A DNA stretch of 64,000 nt from Terriglobia bacterium. Its GTDB lineage: Bacteria; Acidobacteriota; Terriglobia; 20CM-2-55-15. This document shows positions 20,447 to 29,815 of this stretch, piece by piece. Within the stretch, counting starts at the first letter, position 1. Each line of letters starts with the position of its first letter. The notes under the pieces are model-generated. The model worked only from the letters and a program-made list of their open reading frames with translations, ran no database searches and was not told where the DNA came from. The stretch spans positions 32,001 through 96,000 of the forward strand of contig CBDCLE010000009.1 of assembly GCA_965218585.1 (NCBI GenBank), read 5' to 3'. A program made the position numbers and the translations under genes.

Positions 20447-20776
20447 CTAGGTCAAAAGCAACGCCACGACGCCCGCGAGCAGGAGCAGGACCGATCCGGC
20501 TAGAACAAGATTCCATACCCGCTGGCGCTTTTGAATCTTGAGGAGCACTTCGTCCTGTGCGTTGAGCATCTGAACCAGCACTTCGATATTGCGGTCCACC
20601 ACAGAAATGCGTTCGTCCACTGCTTGTCGCCATTGATCGATGTGTTCGGCATCTTTGGGTGGAGTGTGTCTTTTCTTGTTAGTCGCGCCAGACCGGAGAT
20701 CACTGATGATCTCCTGACCCACATCTGTAGTGGCAGCTTCGCGAATCAGGCCCAGGGCCAATCTAACCCAGCTCAT
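20447..20776 (-). CDS. Hypothetical protein with a coiled-coil region and C-terminal TM helix
   Basis: ATG overlaps the upstream gene end. Hydrophobic C-terminus. Confidence 0.6.
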   Translation of the reverse strand: MSWVRLALGLIREAATTDVGQEIISDLRSGATNKKRHTPPKDAEHIDQWRQAVDERISVVDRNIEVLVQMLNAQDEVLLKIQKRQRVWNLVLAGSVLLLLAGVVALLLT

Positions 20777-21455
20777 CGTCGTAAAATTCCAGGGGATCGA
20801 CACGGTACTGGGCCCATTCCCAGGGTTCGGTCGAGTCCTCAAAATATCCGTTCACGTCTTCTTCGGTCAGATCCAGCGCTGTCGGAATCAGGCTCAGCGT
20901 GTTTCCGACAAGCTGCTTGTCCTCAGGTCTTCGAAAATGCGCGACAAGTCCGAGAAGATGGGCGTGCAACTGTCCGGCGAGACCGGAACTCTGAAGTTGT
21001 TTGCGCAATGCATCGAGGACGGTTTCCATCGAGTCGGGATGCAACACTCCAATCCCTTCCAACCCCGAAGCGGCCATGGATCGAATCGTGGGGTGAAGTC
21101 CCTCATCTTCTAACACGGACCGGAGAGGCTCGATCGCATCGCTTCCAATGCGGGAAAAGACCACAGGCAACTCTTCCAGGACGTCTTCGTTGTTCGTGCT
21201 GTAGGCCAGAAAAATAGCGTCGACCAGTTTAGGGAGCGAAGAGGCGGCTTTCATGATTCCCAACAGCTTCACTGCGTGGAAAACAGCTACCCGCCCTGCC
21301 TCATCGGTGTGCCAGAGCCGGACATTTCCCAGCAGTGTCTCCAGGCTGGGCGTGAAATTCTCTCCACGACCGAGTATTTCGGCGACGGTCTGGGAACTCA
21401 GTCGCACTTCGCCTTCCAGCAATCGGGTCAGCAGGTCCCTATCAGAGGTATTCAT
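20763..21455 (-). CDS. HEAT-repeat / DUF1186-like protein
   Basis: Helical repeats (HAVKLLG, IG.DAIEPL). ATGA coupling with the methyltransferase. Confidence 0.65.
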   Translation of the reverse strand: MNTSDRDLLTRLLEGEVRLSSQTVAEILGRGENFTPSLETLLGNVRLWHTDEAGRVAVFHAVKLLGIMKAASSLPKLVDAIFLAYSTNNEDVLEELPVVFSRIGSDAIEPLRSVLEDEGLHPTIRSMAASGLEGIGVLHPDSMETVLDALRKQLQSSGLAGQLHAHLLGLVAHFRRPEDKQLVGNTLSLIPTALDLTEEDVNGYFEDSTEPWEWAQYRVDPLEFYDDELG

Positions 21456-22219
21456 AGGTTTCCGGACTGGTCTTCTGAATTGATGGAAGCGTTCCTCTCT
21501 GCCAACCACACTTCGGTGGTGTAATCCAAATCGATCGCTCCTGGCTGGCTGCTCATTATGCGCTCAAGATCGCGTCCAAAGTCACTGAACTTCTCGTCCC
21601 CTATGATTCGAATATAGGATGTGCTTCGAGCCAGACCTTTCCAGGACTCGACCGACATGGCCTCAGTGTGATCGTAACCCTTACGCTCGATCATGCGGAA
21701 CAAATTGGTCTGCTCTACGACGCCCGACCAATCCTTATCCCGGTAAAGGTGACGGTGTTCTGGGTTGTAAGTCATGATAAGACGTTCGTATGCAACTGTA
21801 TGCGGATTGCTGGCCTGACGGGTATTCCAGTAGAGTGCGAGGTGCCCTGTGGGCTTGAGTATCCTTCGAAACTCCCTCAAAGCGGCTCGCGACTGGAACC
21901 AGTGGAACGACTGTCCACAGACGACGAGATCTGCGACAGATTCGGCAAGGGCGGTCTCCCGGGCCTGGGCGCACACTCTTTCCGCATCCCTTAAGATTGA
22001 TCCTGCACCGAGCATCTTCTCACCGGGATCCACGGCGATGACTCGAAAGTCGCGTTCCAGAAAGCCTGCCGAACCCTTGCCGGTTCCTGCTCCGACGTCC
22101 ACAATGACCGAATCGGGATTCAGCCTGCACCGGTCGATGAGAAAATCGAACAGTTCCCGAGGGTACGGGGGACGATAGGCGTCGTAGTCGGCCGAGCAAC
22201 TTTCGAATAGCAGTTTCAT
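21452..22219 (-). CDS. Class I SAM-dependent methyltransferase
   Basis: Y..YRP.YP, DVGAGTG, QSFHWF and RILKP.G. Confidence 0.9.
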   Translation of the reverse strand: MKLLFESCSADYDAYRPPYPRELFDFLIDRCRLNPDSVIVDVGAGTGKGSAGFLERDFRVIAVDPGEKMLGAGSILRDAERVCAQARETALAESVADLVVCGQSFHWFQSRAALREFRRILKPTGHLALYWNTRQASNPHTVAYERLIMTYNPEHRHLYRDKDWSGVVEQTNLFRMIERKGYDHTEAMSVESWKGLARSTSYIRIIGDEKFSDFGRDLERIMSSQPGAIDLDYTTEVWLAERNASINSEDQSGNL

Positions 22220-22241
22220 CACGTCATGAATTGATGTTGTT

Positions 22242-22889
22242 GTGAAAGATCGAGACATCCAACATGTTGTCCGGATTCTCCGAAAAGAGGTCCGGCGCTG
22301 GCCCGTTCCTGCGATTGGCCACTACACCCGGACTCCGTTTACAACACTTGTGTCCTGCATTCTCAGCCTGAGAACTCAGGACAGGACCACCAGTCAGGCC
22401 AGTGAACGTCTTTTTAACGTTGCCGAAACGCCGGGTGCGATCCGCAAACTCTCTCGGAAGAAAATTGAACGCCTCATTTATCCGGTTTCTTTCTACCGGG
22501 TGAAAGCTGGCACAATTCGCGAGATTTCATCGATCTTGCTGAAACGTTACGAAGGTGCTGTGCCCGACAGGCTGGACGAACTGCTTACGCTGCCAGGCGT
22601 AGGGCGAAAGACCGCCAACATCGTCGTGACGCTGGCGTTCAATAAGCCCGGCATAGCCGTCGACATCCATGTCCATCGAATCTCAAACCGCCTCGGATAC
22701 GTCTCTACAAAGACTCCGGACGAGACGGAGACGAGGTTGCGGGCGAAACTGCCCCGTAGATACTGGATCGTCATCAACGACCTGCTCGTCGCCTTTGGTC
22801 AGAACCTGTGCAAGCCCGTCAGCCCACACTGTTCAATCTGCCCCGTCGAGCGTTACTGCGAACGCGTTGGAGTGAATCGGAGTCGCTAG
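22242..22889 (+). CDS. nth: Endonuclease III (HhH-GPD, 4Fe-4S)
   Basis: LPGVGRKTAN, VD.HV.RISNRLG and C-X6-C-X2-C-X5-C. Confidence 0.92.
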   Translation: MKDRDIQHVVRILRKEVRRWPVPAIGHYTRTPFTTLVSCILSLRTQDRTTSQASERLFNVAETPGAIRKLSRKKIERLIYPVSFYRVKAGTIREISSILLKRYEGAVPDRLDELLTLPGVGRKTANIVVTLAFNKPGIAVDIHVHRISNRLGYVSTKTPDETETRLRAKLPRRYWIVINDLLVAFGQNLCKPVSPHCSICPVERYCERVGVNRSR

Positions 22890-22904
22890 CTAGGGCGGTA
22901 TTGC

Positions 22905-23309
22905 TTACTCGCCCCGGAGGACCCGGGCCAGGCGCTGGAGTAAGGATTCGGGAAGTTGTGTGTGTCTGGACAATGCCGCCAACTCTTCGTCCTTGTTCTC
23001 TTCGATCGGCGCGTCCAGGATGTGACGGCACGAGTTGCATCCATCACTCCCGTAAACGACACGGGCCTTTTTCGAGTATGCGATCAGTCGAATGGATTCG
23101 CTGTCTCTGAGCGGATGTCCGCTTGCCTGATAGCCGTCGGGAGCCGCCAGCCAGACTTCCGGTTCCTCTCCGCGTTCAGCTGCAACGACCTGACGGATTG
23201 AATCCACATCAAAATCGATCAGTTTCCTGGCTTCTTCGGATAACTCTTTGTTGTTGTCGTAGTAGATCTTCATAGCAATACACGAATGGCCTGCGACGAT
23301 ATTCTTCAT
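22905..23309 (-). CDS. Hypothetical protein (start uncertain)
   Basis: ORF fills the gap between nth and the next gene and contains GCNSCRH. Confidence 0.55.
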   Translation of the reverse strand: MKNIVAGHSCIAMKIYYDNNKELSEEARKLIDFDVDSIRQVVAAERGEEPEVWLAAPDGYQASGHPLRDSESIRLIAYSKKARVVYGSDGCNSCRHILDAPIEENKDEELAALSRHTQLPESLLQRLARVLRGE

Positions 23310-23387
23310 GTTATCACAATGAAATTGAAGCCTTTCGGCTGTCGGAGAGGGGTTTAATTCGGGGACAGTGAGCAATTAATTAATTGC

Positions 23388-24353
23388 TCACTGTCCCCGA
23401 ATTAACGGCCGCTTTCTGGGCGTCTTTTTCCAGAGTTCTTCACGTATTCGCCGGACGTGTTCGGGCCCGGTTCCACAACACCCTCCGGCCACGTTGAGCC
23501 AGCCCCTGTCAGCGAATTGGGCCAGTGACAGGGCGATCCGATCGGGTGTGTCCGGATACTGTCCGCTGGGTCCGGGAAGTCCCGCGTTCGGATGACACGT
23601 CACAAACGACGTGGCGACTTCAGAGAGTTGCTCCAGATGAGATTCCATCACGCTCGGGCCCAGCGAACAGTTGATGCCGACAGCAAAGACGCCGTGCTCT
23701 GCGACTGACTGCCAGAAGTCCCCGATCGTTTCGCCCGAAGGCAGGACCCCGGCCCCGTTGATCGTAGCGGAAATCACAACAGGAATCCGATGCCCCCGGG
23801 TGCTGAAGCATTGGTCAAAGGCATCCAGTGCGGCAATCGCGTTGCGGGTGTCAAAAACCGTTTCCAACAGCAGGACATCGACACCGCCATCCAGCAGGCC
23901 GAGAACCTGTTGGGCGTACGCTTCGGCTGGGGCATCGGGAGCAGAGACGGCCCCTGCAACGAAACGCGGCCTGTTGGGCACGGCTTTCTCCACTCGGTCC
24001 CGAACGCTGGAGGCCAGCTCGGCTGCGGCCAGATTGACGGCGTAGACATTCTCCGCCAACCCGTAGCCTCCCATCGAAAGGAGGTTCGCTCTGAACGTGT
24101 TCGTCGTGATGATGTCCGCGCCGGCCTCGAGATATTCCAGATGGATCGATCGAATCAGATCGAGCTGTGTGATCGAAAGCATCTCGTAGTTGCCCATCAC
24201 AGGTGCATCGTGGTTTCGGAATTCTGCGCCCCGATAGTGCGCCTCGCTTAGAGCGTATGCCTGGATTCGGGTTGCCATGGCGCCATCGAGGATCGCGATC
24301 CGCTCCTCAAGGAGGTCTTGGAGCATTACCCTCCGGTCTGGACTTAGAGTCAT
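23388..24353 (-). CDS. Stand-alone homocysteine S-methyltransferase domain (MetH N-terminal-like)
   Basis: LDGAMAT, YLEAGADII.TNTF, GINCSLGP, PNAGLP and GGCCGT Zn ligands. Confidence 0.9.
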   Translation of the reverse strand: MTLSPDRRVMLQDLLEERIAILDGAMATRIQAYALSEAHYRGAEFRNHDAPVMGNYEMLSITQLDLIRSIHLEYLEAGADIITTNTFRANLLSMGGYGLAENVYAVNLAAAELASSVRDRVEKAVPNRPRFVAGAVSAPDAPAEAYAQQVLGLLDGGVDVLLLETVFDTRNAIAALDAFDQCFSTRGHRIPVVISATINGAGVLPSGETIGDFWQSVAEHGVFAVGINCSLGPSVMESHLEQLSEVATSFVTCHPNAGLPGPSGQYPDTPDRIALSLAQFADRGWLNVAGGCCGTGPEHVRRIREELWKKTPRKRPLIRGQ

Positions 24354-24405
24354 CTGTACTATTGTAGTGTCGGGATACACCCGGGAAGTGAAAAGCGGAG
24401 GCCAT

Positions 24406-25365
24406 ATGACGGATGTTTCTCTCAAGCAGACGGCCCGGACGCTTCTGATGATCCGGCCCGCCAGCTTTGGCTTCAATGAAGAGACCGCAGGAACGAACCT
24501 GTTTCAGTCACGGCCCGGCGAAACAGATGCCGACTCTGTTTCCGATCTCGCAGTCCAGGAGTTCGATGACCTGGTCGATACGATCCGCAAGGCCGGTTCG
24601 GAAGTCATCGTCGTTCGAGACCGGCCCGAACCTTTGACAACAGACGCCGTCTTCCCAAACAACTGGATATCTTTTCATTCCGACGGAACCGTTGTGTTGT
24701 ATCCGATGCACGCTCCGAGCCGACGACTGGAACGGCGCGACGACATTGTCCCGATGCTCGAAGGAAGCCACGGGTTCGATGTCACGCGCATCGTCGACCT
24801 CGGCCATCATGAAAAGGAAGGCCGGTATCTGGAGGGTACCGGCAGCATTGTCTTCGACCACATGAACCGTTCAGCCTACGCCTGCCTCTCGGCGAGAACC
24901 GATCCCGCACTTGTTGACGAGCTTGCCAAAGTATTGGGATATGAGCCTGTTGTGTTTCATGCGTCGGACAGGGAAGGGAACGATGTCTATCACACGAATG
25001 TCGTCATGAGTATCGGAATTGACTTTGCCGTTGTGGCGACCGATGCCATTGCCGATTCCCAAGAGCGTCGAAGGGTCGTCGAGGGTCTGGAGGCCACGGG
25101 CCGCCACCTGGTCCGGATTGATCTTGACCAGATGACACGGTTCGGGGCCAACATATTGGAAATCGAAGGCCGGGAGGGCGATCGAGCCCTCGTGATGTCC
25201 ACCTCAGCCCGCGATGCCTTCAAGCCGGAGCAGGTTGCGATCCTGGAAGACTCCGCAAGGATCGTCGCGCCACCACTTCCGACGATCGAAGCCGTGGGTG
25301 GGGGAAGTGCCCGATGCATGCTGGCCGAGGTGTTTCTGCCCGGGAAAGTGGGAGATGCTCTATAG
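24406..25365 (+). CDS. Amidinotransferase-family hydrolase (CtlX-like)
   Basis: MIRP..FGFNEET, DAVFPNNW, LEGTGS, YHTNV and GGGSARCM. Confidence 0.9.
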   Translation: MTDVSLKQTARTLLMIRPASFGFNEETAGTNLFQSRPGETDADSVSDLAVQEFDDLVDTIRKAGSEVIVVRDRPEPLTTDAVFPNNWISFHSDGTVVLYPMHAPSRRLERRDDIVPMLEGSHGFDVTRIVDLGHHEKEGRYLEGTGSIVFDHMNRSAYACLSARTDPALVDELAKVLGYEPVVFHASDREGNDVYHTNVVMSIGIDFAVVATDAIADSQERRRVVEGLEATGRHLVRIDLDQMTRFGANILEIEGREGDRALVMSTSARDAFKPEQVAILEDSARIVAPPLPTIEAVGGGSARCMLAEVFLPGKVGDAL

Positions 25366-26094
25366 GCCGGCGAGATACCGAGTGCCGCCCAGGGCCCTGA
25401 CAGCTTCCATAATCTGGTTTGTCCGTCCGAGGACATACTCTGAAGGGTCCGCCGCCGACATCCGCTTGGGATTGGGCAGAACCGCAACAAGTGTGGCAGC
25501 CTCCTCGGGCGTCAGCTCCCGGGAGGGCTTTCCAAAGATGTGTTGGCCCGCCGCGCCTGCTCCGAAGATCCCGGGCCCGAATTCAGCAACGTTCAGGTAG
25601 ACCTCGAGAATCCGTTGCTTGGGCCAGAGCAGTTCAATCCAAAGAGTCAGGTAGGCTTCCGCACCTTTCCGAACGAAATTCTGTCCGGGTGAGAGGAACA
25701 GGTTCTTGGCCACCTGCTGAGATATCGTGCTGGCACCACGAAGCCGCCCTCCATCCCGGTTCGATTCGAGCGCGTCCGCAATTGCGTCCAGATCGAAGCC
25801 ATGATGCGTTGGGAATTTTTGGTCTTCTGTTGCCACGGCAGCTATCGCCAACTCCGGTGAGATTTCAGACCATGGGATCCACTGGTAGTGGACGGGGTCG
25901 TCCGTGGCGGCGCGTTCCCGAAGAATAAAAGCTGTCGTCGGGGGAGCGATCCAACGCCACGGAAGAGTGAGAGCGATACTGGCGAGGAGAATGACGAGAA
26001 CCGACCCGGCTGCGATACGAGCCACACGTCCAAACGAGCGTTTCTTCCTGGGGGCCTCGGGCGACGAGTGACGAAACAGCTGTCGGTCGACCAC
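25360..26094 (-). CDS. mtgA: Monofunctional peptidoglycan transglycosylase
   Basis: EDQKF..H.G, RGASTISQQVAKNLFL, RKG.E and KQRILEVYLN. Confidence 0.93.
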   Translation of the reverse strand: MVDRQLFRHSSPEAPRKKRSFGRVARIAAGSVLVILLASIALTLPWRWIAPPTTAFILRERAATDDPVHYQWIPWSEISPELAIAAVATEDQKFPTHHGFDLDAIADALESNRDGGRLRGASTISQQVAKNLFLSPGQNFVRKGAEAYLTLWIELLWPKQRILEVYLNVAEFGPGIFGAGAAGQHIFGKPSRELTPEEAATLVAVLPNPKRMSAADPSEYVLGRTNQIMEAVRALGGTRYLAGL

Positions 26095-26316
26095 TGGATA
26101 ACTCCTGCTCCGGAATTCGTTCCATCCATTCTAATCGAACTCACCTAGAAGGCCTTTTATCCTGAATCTTTATCTTTCACTTAAATAGAATTCAGATACG
26201 GATGCAGTCGACTCGCTGCTCAGTTCGAACGACATTCCGTTTGCTGAAAAATAGTCGCCGAGATCTATAATGCTCTCGGAGATCAAACGAAAAGAATACC
26301 GGCAAGGAGAGGGTCC

Positions 26317-28224
26317 ATGGACAATTCTAAGAAGGGTGCTCTTGATCGTCGCAAGTTCTTGAAAGGCGCGGCCGTGGGCGCGGCAGCTCTGGTTACCGAG
26401 GCCCCGGCGGCAAAGGCACAACAGGCCGAACTGGCGCGTCCCACCGCGACGGTTCCATCTGCGAGCCAACTGGCCGCTGAGACCGAAGCCGTTCCTATTT
26501 CAGCAGACGTGTTAACCTCGGGACGCCCGACGTCCGACTACATGGTGGATGTCCTCAAGTCCCTGGATTTCGAGTACATCTGTTCGAATCCGGGATCGAG
26601 TTTCTGCGGGCTTCACGAATCGTTCATAAACTACGGTGGAAACAGGAGCCCGGAATGGATCACCTGTCTTCACGAGGAACAATCGGTTGCCATCGCTGAC
26701 GGTTACGCACAGATCGAGGGTAAGCCTCTCCTGGTGATGGCTCACGGAACGGTTGGCATCCAGCATGCATCGATGGCGATTTACAACTCTTTCGCCTCGC
26801 GAATTCCTGTATACATCATTGCCGGTAACAGTCTTGACGCGACCGAACGCAGGCCCGGTGTGGAGTGGGTGCACAGTGTTCAGAATGCAGCCGCCATGGT
26901 CCGCGACTACATTAAATGGGACGACACGCCGCTTTCTCTCCCACACTTCGCCGAGTCGGCTGTCCGTGCATACAGAATCGCGATGTCCAGCCCGATGGCT
27001 CCTGTAGTGTTGGTGGGCGACAGCGGACTGCAGGAAACTCCGGTTCCGGACGGGAACGATTTTCGAATTCCGAAATTGACCGTGCCCTCGCCGCCACAGG
27101 GCGAATCGGGAGCTGTGGCAGAAGTGGCACAGCTTCTCGTGGATGCGGAAAACCCGGTGATCGTTGCCGGGGACGTCATCCGCTCCCAGGAGGGCATGGA
27201 TCAGCTGGTCGAACTGGCTGAGTTGCTCCAGTCCCGTGTCCAGGGTGGACGGAATATGCCCACTCTCCATCCCTTCAACCAGGGTGGTGGCATCGGCAAC
27301 GCCGACGTAATAGTCGGTTTTGAAGTCTGGGATCTGTGGGGAACGCTCAATTTGATGCGGGATCAGTTGCATCGAACCGTGACGCCAAGAATCCAGGCAG
27401 ACGCCAAAGTCGTCAGTATTTCGACGAAGGACCTGTACCTGAAGAGCAACTACCAGGGCTTCCAGCGTTATCCTGAGGTCGACATCGCGATTGCTGCGGA
27501 TGCGGAAGCCACATTGCCTTCCTTGATCGAAGCGTGCCGCCGTCTGATCACGCCGGACCGTAGACGGACCCTCGATGAGCGAGGGAGAGCGTTGAGGGCC
27601 AGCAAGGAACGAGCCTTGGAGCGGGCGAGACGGGATGCCGCATACGGATGGAATTCCAGTCCCATCAGCACTGCCCGTGTGTCGGCTGAGTTGTGGGACC
27701 TGATCAAGGACAAGGACTGGGCCAGTGCGGGAGCGGAGAGCCCCCTGTGGGATTCGACGAGACATTACCAGAGGCTCGGCGGAGGGCGAGCAGCCGGCGT
27801 AGGCTACCACGCGCCTGCTGCCCTCGGTGCTGCACTCGCTCACAAAAAGCATGGCCGGCTCCTCGTCAGTCGCCAGAACGATGGTGACCTGATGTATGTT
27901 CCGGGAACGTTGTGGACAGCTGCACACCACCGTATTCCCATGTTGAGCGTCATGCGCAACAATCGGGCATATCATCAAGAAGTCATGCACCTGCAGCGTA
28001 TGGCCAACCGCTATCAGAGGGGGGCAACTGCGGCAAGCATCGACATCGGCACCAAGATCGAAGATCCCAACATCGACTTCGGGATGATGGCACGCAGCAT
28101 GGGCGTGTACGGTGAAGGACCGATCACCAATCCAAACGATCTTAGGCCAGCCCTCAGGCGGGCAATTGAAGCGGTGGAAGGTGGCGAAGTCGCTCTCGTC
28201 GACGTCGTGACGCAGCCTCGATAA
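26317..28224 (+). CDS. ThDP-dependent enzyme (acetolactate synthase-like family) with a Tat signal
   Basis: DRRKFLKG Tat motif, NPGSS, catalytic HEE, and ThDP motif variant NDGDLMY..NN. Confidence 0.88.
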   Translation: MDNSKKGALDRRKFLKGAAVGAAALVTEAPAAKAQQAELARPTATVPSASQLAAETEAVPISADVLTSGRPTSDYMVDVLKSLDFEYICSNPGSSFCGLHESFINYGGNRSPEWITCLHEEQSVAIADGYAQIEGKPLLVMAHGTVGIQHASMAIYNSFASRIPVYIIAGNSLDATERRPGVEWVHSVQNAAAMVRDYIKWDDTPLSLPHFAESAVRAYRIAMSSPMAPVVLVGDSGLQETPVPDGNDFRIPKLTVPSPPQGESGAVAEVAQLLVDAENPVIVAGDVIRSQEGMDQLVELAELLQSRVQGGRNMPTLHPFNQGGGIGNADVIVGFEVWDLWGTLNLMRDQLHRTVTPRIQADAKVVSISTKDLYLKSNYQGFQRYPEVDIAIAADAEATLPSLIEACRRLITPDRRRTLDERGRALRASKERALERARRDAAYGWNSSPISTARVSAELWDLIKDKDWASAGAESPLWDSTRHYQRLGGGRAAGVGYHAPAALGAALAHKKHGRLLVSRQNDGDLMYVPGTLWTAAHHRIPMLSVMRNNRAYHQEVMHLQRMANRYQRGATAASIDIGTKIEDPNIDFGMMARSMGVYGEGPITNPNDLRPALRRAIEAVEGGEVALVDVVTQPR

Positions 28225-28252
28225 GGAGGCTCGGTTCCGGGAGGCTTACCGA

Positions 28253-28609
28253 ATGCGCTCATTGATTCTTTTGCAGCTTGTGCTCGGATTTTTGCTCGGC
28301 TCTCCGGCCCAGGATGAAGGAAGCGTGCCCGGGGGAAATACCGACCAAGGGCAGTTCATCTTCAACGACCGTGGATGCTATGCCTGTCACGGCTATGAAG
28401 GTCATGGTGGAGTCGCTGGAGCACGACTGGCTCCGGACCCCATCCCATTCCAGGTGTTCTCGCGATACGTTCGCGAACCGACAGGTCAGATGCCCCCCTA
28501 CACTCGCACGGTGCTTTCGGACACGGAACTGGCAGACGTTTATGTCTTTTTGTCGTCGATACCAGCTGCCCCTCCTGTGGAGAGCATTCCGATACTGGAC
28601 GACGACTAG
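28253..28609 (+). CDS. Monoheme cytochrome c
   Basis: Signal peptide, CYACH and distal MP. Confidence 0.9.
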   Translation: MRSLILLQLVLGFLLGSPAQDEGSVPGGNTDQGQFIFNDRGCYACHGYEGHGGVAGARLAPDPIPFQVFSRYVREPTGQMPPYTRTVLSDTELADVYVFLSSIPAAPPVESIPILDDD

Positions 28610-29571
28610 AGCTTGAACAACCCACGGGCATTGGTACGACCGATCTTAATGCGGTCTGTTTCCGACATGGAGGCCTCATCGAACCAGTTCGCGGCCTCGA
28701 TGGCTTCCTCGAACGGATAGTCGACTGAGAACAGAATTCGATCGGATCCGACCTCCAGCATCGCATCGATCAGCGACTGCGTCCGGAAATTGCCGCTCGT
28801 CGTGTGAAAGAAGTTCTCGCGAAGATAGTCCGCCATCTTCTTCTTGGCCCGGATCCCGCGAGGCGTCCTGCTGATCCGATGATCAACCCGCCAGATCATG
28901 TAGGGCAGACCCTCGCCGAGATGGCCGAGAATGACGTTTATTTTTGGATATCGGTCAAACAGGCCGCTGCCCATGAGACGCAGCGCGTGAAGCGCTGTTT
29001 CGGCTCCGAACGCCCATGCCGAACCTCGAAACCAGGGATGTCCTTCGTAGATAGCTTCGCGGCTCACCGGGTCACGGGGGTGGAGGTAGAAGGGGACATC
29101 CAGCTTCTCGACTTCTGCCCAGAACGGCAGATACCGCTCGTCGTCCAGATAGACGACCGCACCGGCTGTGCCGATCTCGGAAAAACCGTTTACGTTTGCC
29201 CCTTTGAAGCCCAGTTCCTTGACGCAGCGGGTCAGTTCGACGATCGCGGCGTCGGGATCCTGCATCGGCAGTGCAGCGAAGCCTCCCAATCGATCACTCC
29301 TTTTCGCCACTGCTTCAGCCAATACATCGTTGGCTTTCTTAGCCAATTCGATAGCCTGGTCGGCCTCTGGTACGCCCTGCACCGCCGGATTGTGCAGCGA
29401 CAGGATGGAATATTCGATCCCGTGCTTGTCCATCTCTACCAGACGCAGGTCGTTCAGGTCGAGCAGGCGTCGCCGCATGTCATCCCACGCCGCGAACCAA
29501 ACCTTGTACAACTCGTCCTGGAGCGTTTCTTCCAGCGCGAAATGCTCTTCCAGGGCAATCTTGCCTTCCAT
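28606..29571 (-). CDS. Amidohydrolase_2 decarboxylase, gamma-resorcylate (2,6-dihydroxybenzoate) decarboxylase-like
   Basis: GKIALEEHF, FYLHPR, GHLGEGLPY, TTSGNFRT and FSVDYPFE. Confidence 0.85.
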   Translation of the reverse strand: MEGKIALEEHFALEETLQDELYKVWFAAWDDMRRRLLDLNDLRLVEMDKHGIEYSILSLHNPAVQGVPEADQAIELAKKANDVLAEAVAKRSDRLGGFAALPMQDPDAAIVELTRCVKELGFKGANVNGFSEIGTAGAVVYLDDERYLPFWAEVEKLDVPFYLHPRDPVSREAIYEGHPWFRGSAWAFGAETALHALRLMGSGLFDRYPKINVILGHLGEGLPYMIWRVDHRISRTPRGIRAKKKMADYLRENFFHTTSGNFRTQSLIDAMLEVGSDRILFSVDYPFEEAIEAANWFDEASMSETDRIKIGRTNARGLFKL

Positions 29572-29815
29572 TCTTTCAGGTCTCCAATCTTTATTTAGAT
29601 TTAGACGCCGTGTTCGTAGTCGCGTGCAGCCCTCGAGTGTGATCGAACGTCACACGCCTGTCCAAACTGAACGGCGAGTGTAACAGCGCCTAATAATAGG
29701 TCGTCGAGTCAGCCGAGCCAAGGGAGAGCTTCCTTGAAATATGGAGAGATATATCTATGCCTAAGCCGGCCGGAGTCCGACCTTGGGTCCGACTACCAAT
29801 GGCGCAGCCCTACTC

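Noticed and set aside
26512-27990. Long antisense or alternate-frame ORFs (for example 26512-27990, 2748-3716, 39515-40411, 12411-13043)
   Set aside because: They are shadows of well-supported genes in GC-rich DNA and carry no recognisable motifs.
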